A stretch of 64,000 nt of DNA from Synechococcaceae cyanobacterium SM2_3_1. Lineage in GTDB: Bacteria; Cyanobacteriota; Cyanobacteriia; Thermostichales; Thermostichaceae. Positions 61,122 through 64,000 of this stretch are shown here, in pieces; position 1 is the first letter of the stretch; the number at the start of each line of letters is the position of its first letter. Location of the stretch: the NCBI GenBank assembly GCA_012030715.1, contig JAAUUJ010000002.1, forward strand, positions 4,966 to 68,965, read 5' to 3'. The notes beneath the pieces were generated by a model. It made no database searches, was not told the origin of the DNA, and saw only the letters and a program-made list of their open reading frames with translations. The translations under genes and the position numbers were made by a program.

Positions 61122-61598
61122 ATGCCGCAAAAACTGTTATTTGTCTGTTTGGGAAACATCTGTCGCTCTCCCGCTGCCGAGAACATCATGGATCATCTGA
61201 TTCGGGAGTCTCAACCCTCGCTGGAGATCATTTGTGACTCGGCGGGCACCAGTGCTTACCACGTCGGTAGCCCTCCCGATCGGCGGATGCAGGCAACCGC
61301 CCACACCTACGGACTGCAGCTGCGGGGACAGGCCCGTCAGATTCAGGTTCAGGATCTGCAGGAGTTTGATCTGATTCTGGCGATGGACCGCGAAAACTAC
61401 CGCAATATTCTGGCTCTGGATCCCCAGGGGACCCACCACCCCAAGATCAAGATGATCTGTGAGTACTGTACCGATCACGCTGATCAAGAGGTGCCCGATC
61501 CCTACTATGGGGGCGAGGCCGGTTTTCATTACGTCTTTAATCTGCTGACCGATGCCTGTCAAGGGCTCCTGCAGTCTCTGGAAGACACTCAGCGATGA
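61122..61598 (+). CDS. low-molecular-weight phosphotyrosine protein phosphatase family protein
   Basis: ORF track 158 aa. It has the CX5R(S) P-loop LFVCLGNICRSP and the DP motif (VPDPYYG). Confidence 0.9.
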   Translation: MPQKLLFVCLGNICRSPAAENIMDHLIRESQPSLEIICDSAGTSAYHVGSPPDRRMQATAHTYGLQLRGQARQIQVQDLQEFDLILAMDRENYRNILALDPQGTHHPKIKMICEYCTDHADQEVPDPYYGGEAGFHYVFNLLTDACQGLLQSLEDTQR

Positions 61599-62480
61599 TC
61601 CAGCCCCCCCTCCTGGCACCAGGTGGCTCAGCACATCAGTGAGACCATGGGTGAACCCTTTACACCGGAGCAGCAGCTACCTCTAGGGGGAGGAAGCATT
61701 AACGCAGCCTATTGTCTAAGCAGTGGATCCCGCTCTTATTTTGTCAAATGGAACCAGGCCTCCCAGGCGGACATGTTTATGGCTGAAATGGAAGGACTAC
61801 AGGAGCTGGCCAGGGCCGAGGCCATCCGCGTACCCCAAGCCATCTGCACTGGAACGGTGCAGGACCGAGCCTATCTGGTGCTGGAATATCTGCCCCTGGG
61901 CGCCGGAAAATCTGCTACGGCCCAGAAGCTGGGGGAACAGCTGGCCCAACTGCACCGCTACCCGGGTGCGGCCTTCGGCTGGCACCGCTCCAATACCATC
62001 GGTTCCACCCCCCAGATCAACACCTGGACTGAAAATTGGATTGACTTCTACCGCGAGCACCGCCTTCACTACCAGATCCGGCTGGCGGCAGGGCAGGGAC
62101 ATGGGGGCGCCTGGGTTTCCTCGGCGGAACAACTGCTGCAGCGTTTACCAGAATTCTTCCAGACCTATGATCCCCAACCTTCACTGCTGCACGGAGATCT
62201 CTGGGGTGGCAACTATGGCGCTGATGATCAGGGCAACCCGGTGATCTTTGATCCCGCCGTGTACTACGGAGATCGGGAGACCGATCTGGCCATGACCGAA
62301 CTGTTTGGAGGCTTTCCCTCAGCTTTCTACCAGGCCTATCATGCCGCCTACCCTCTAGATCCAGGCTACCCCCGCCGCAAACCTCTTTACCAGCTCTACC
62401 ATCTCCTCAATCACCTGAATCTGTTTGGTAGTGGCTATCTGGGTCAGGTGCAGGCAGCCATCCGCAGTGGCTTGAGGTAA
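61595..62480 (+). pseudogene. fructosamine/ketosamine-3-kinase family protein whose first ~9 codons lie in another frame (apparent +1 insertion)
   Basis: ORF 61623..62480 (GGGSINAAY..., YFVKWN, HGDLWGGN) lacks its natural start. ATG 61595 overlaps the ptp stop (ATGA) and reads MIQPP. Removing one C from the C7 run 61604-61610 gives MIQPPSWHQVAQHISETMGEPF, which fits the family's W..IA.HIS N-terminus. Confidence 0.8.
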
Positions 62481-62485
62481 CCGAG

Positions 62486-62905
62486 TCACGCCTCCTCCCG
62501 CTCCTTGAGTTGCTCCAGGCAAAGCACCGCCTTTTCCAGGTTGCCGACCTTTAAGATCAATCGTCCCTTGTCTCCCTGGCGGGCAGAGCTGCCGTAGGCA
62601 TAGTCAATATTGAGCTGGGCGTCAGCCAGGGCCTCGCTCACCCGCGCCAGTTGTCCCGGAGTATTGGGGATCTCGATGGAGAGCACTTCCGCCTCAATCA
62701 CATAAAAGCCCTTCTGGACTAGAAGCTCTTTACAAAACACTGGATCACTGGTGATCAGCCGCACCACCGCCTGCTCAATCGTATCCAGGACCGAAATCGC
62801 CTCAATATCAATACCCTGATTGGCAATCACAGCAGCCACCGTTGCCAGGCGACCGGGTTGGTTTTCTAGAGGAATACTCAATTGACGACGCAGGGTGATT
62901 AGCAT
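62486..62905 (-). CDS. tandem ACT-domain protein
   Basis: ORF track 139 aa with two ACT-like beta-alpha-beta-beta-alpha-beta units (LENQPGRLATVAAVIANQGIDIEAISV and IPNTPGQLARVSEALADAQLNIDYAYG). Confidence 0.7.
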   Translation of the reverse strand: MLITLRRQLSIPLENQPGRLATVAAVIANQGIDIEAISVLDTIEQAVVRLITSDPVFCKELLVQKGFYVIEAEVLSIEIPNTPGQLARVSEALADAQLNIDYAYGSSARQGDKGRLILKVGNLEKAVLCLEQLKEREEA

Positions 62906-63058
62906 CCTGTCGTTCCCCTATCCGTAATGTGATTACTACCCTACCAGGACTTTTTCAGCTGGGGTCATCTCTGGTCCGGGACCGTTGCCTTTCTTAAGCT
63001 TGCCGCTGGAATGGGATCCCCTGGGGCATGATAGAGCCAAACCCTTGATCAGGCTGGC

Positions 63059-63379
63059 ATGGAGATGAAGACTGATCTTCCCCTCAACAATATGACCATC
63101 CGCACTCTGCGTGAACGAGCTTACCTGCAATTTCTGCAGAAGTGGCGGCGGGAGGTGGTGCTTTTACGCCAACAGCGGATGGGCAATTATGGAGCCCTAC
63201 TTGGGGATCTCACCTGCCGTTTCAATGCCCATTCTCCCTATCTGCGCTGTGCTGTGGATCCACTAGGTTCCTGTGAGGGCTGTCCCAGTTACGAACGGGA
63301 GGTGTCCGGGGCAGGGCAGTGCGTTCTCCATAGCGAAGCAAGACTTCAATCGCGGCCATGCGGTTTAACCAGGTGCTGA
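63059..63379 (+). CDS. small Cys-rich protein, DUF6464-like
   Basis: ORF track 106 aa. GDLTCRFNAHSPYLRCAVDPLGSCEGCPSYE matches my recollection of the cyanobacterial DUF6464 signature. The 3' end is doubtful because it overlaps the convergent gene by 158 nt. Confidence 0.5.
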   Translation: MEMKTDLPLNNMTIRTLRERAYLQFLQKWRREVVLLRQQRMGNYGALLGDLTCRFNAHSPYLRCAVDPLGSCEGCPSYEREVSGAGQCVLHSEARLQSRPCGLTRC

Positions 63380-64000
63380 TCCGGTAAGGATGTTGCAGAG
63401 CATCCAGACGCATCCAGTTGCTGAACTGCTGCTGGAAGGTTTGCATCGAGGACTGAGCCACCCGCAGACCCTCTGAACTGGGATTGGCGGCCAGGGCCTC
63501 CAGTGCTGCAGCTGTTTCCGCAACCGTTTGCAGCCATTGGGAGCGCTCCGGCTCAAAAATAGTGATCTCCTCCTGCTCCAGCAGAAACTCCCACTCCTGT
63601 TCCAGCACAGCAAATCGGGCCTGGGCTGCTAGAAACGGTTGACGGTAGGGCACCTGGGTCGAGGAAATGGAGGACTGGCGGAGGACTTCCTGCAATTCAT
63701 CGGTAAGGTGACGAACGGCAAACAGGGCATAGCCACCCGTGGGCAGATCCCGCACCACCTGCATCTGATCCAGAAATTCTACCTTGGGCATCTCTAGCAG
63801 CTTTAAGCTAGGGAGAAAAAGAATGGGAGAGCGGCTGACAATATCCAGATTTGGCTCCACCATCTGGGCTAAACGGCGGGTATCAAGGGTGTAAGTCATG
63901 GGCACCAGCAGATCAATATCACCAGCGTTGATCCAGGTTTCCCAGTCCTGCTGTAACTTTTGCTGGCGCTCATTGTCAGGTAACGCGAAGACGGCAGCTG
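63222..64000 (-). CDS. hypothetical protein, possibly glycoside-hydrolase-like (UPF0748/GHL10-type), 5' end outside the window
   Basis: The ORF track starts at GTG 63905, but the frame stays open to position 64000 (AAVFALPDNERQQKLQQDWETWINAGDIDLLVPMTYTLDT...). The family guess rests only on the W..W...G.iD.l.PM.Y pattern. Confidence 0.45.
   Translation of the reverse strand, partial: AAVFALPDNERQQKLQQDWETWINAGDIDLLVPMTYTLDTRRLAQMVEPNLDIVSRSPILFLPSLKLLEMPKVEFLDQMQVVRDLPTGGYALFAVRHLTDELQEVLRQSSISSTQVPYRQPFLAAQARFAVLEQEWEFLLEQEEITIFEPERSQWLQTVAETAAALEALAANPSSEGLRVAQSSMQTFQQQFSNWMRLDALQHPYRISTWLNRMAAIEVLLRYGERTALPRTPPVRNWDSPHRNLVDPQHSADRENGH

Overview
This is a GC-rich (about 55-58% in sampled lines) chromosomal segment that looks cyanobacterial. 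The taxon call is an inference from RpaB/Ycf27, a GUN4-domain protein, a PatA-type response regulator, DUF3493/DUF2232/DUF6464-like proteins, a plant-type ferredoxin and groESL with a CIRCE operator. Most genes are housekeeping: acs, trpB, groES-groEL, hisA, trpS, serA, recJ, dprA and fetAB. There is also a large signalling complement: four histidine kinases, RpaB, a PatA-type regulator and a Ser/Thr kinase. A compact fermentation supercluster stands out: pflB-pflA-osmC-like, adhE-acd/pat, then ldh. I saw no rRNA, tRNA or CRISPR array. Six observations need a second look. (1) Single-base indels, mostly in G/C homopolymers, break or silently scramble at least nine conserved genes. One is a mutually compensating pair inside recJ that no ORF caller would flag. 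This is most likely a homopolymer-calling artefact, otherwise real decay. (2) An AtzD/barbiturase-family ring-opening amidohydrolase homologue has apparent substitutions at first-repeat catalytic positions. It sits next to an internally deleted TnpB remnant whose right end abuts a ferredoxin stop codon. (3) A low-GC block (about 8.9-15.3 kb) carries an MFS-HEAT-cNMP fusion protein and a 1027-aa Cache/PAS/GAF kinase. (4) GATC-centred palindromes (GGATCC, CCGGATCC, GATCCGGATC) are strongly over-represented. (5) There is a small AT-rich islet with a truncated MNT-type nucleotidyltransferase gene. (6) A LMW-PTP/fructosamine-kinase pair is translationally coupled. I cannot point to a clearly novel multi-gene system. 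The AtzD-like module and the low-GC signalling block are the best candidates.
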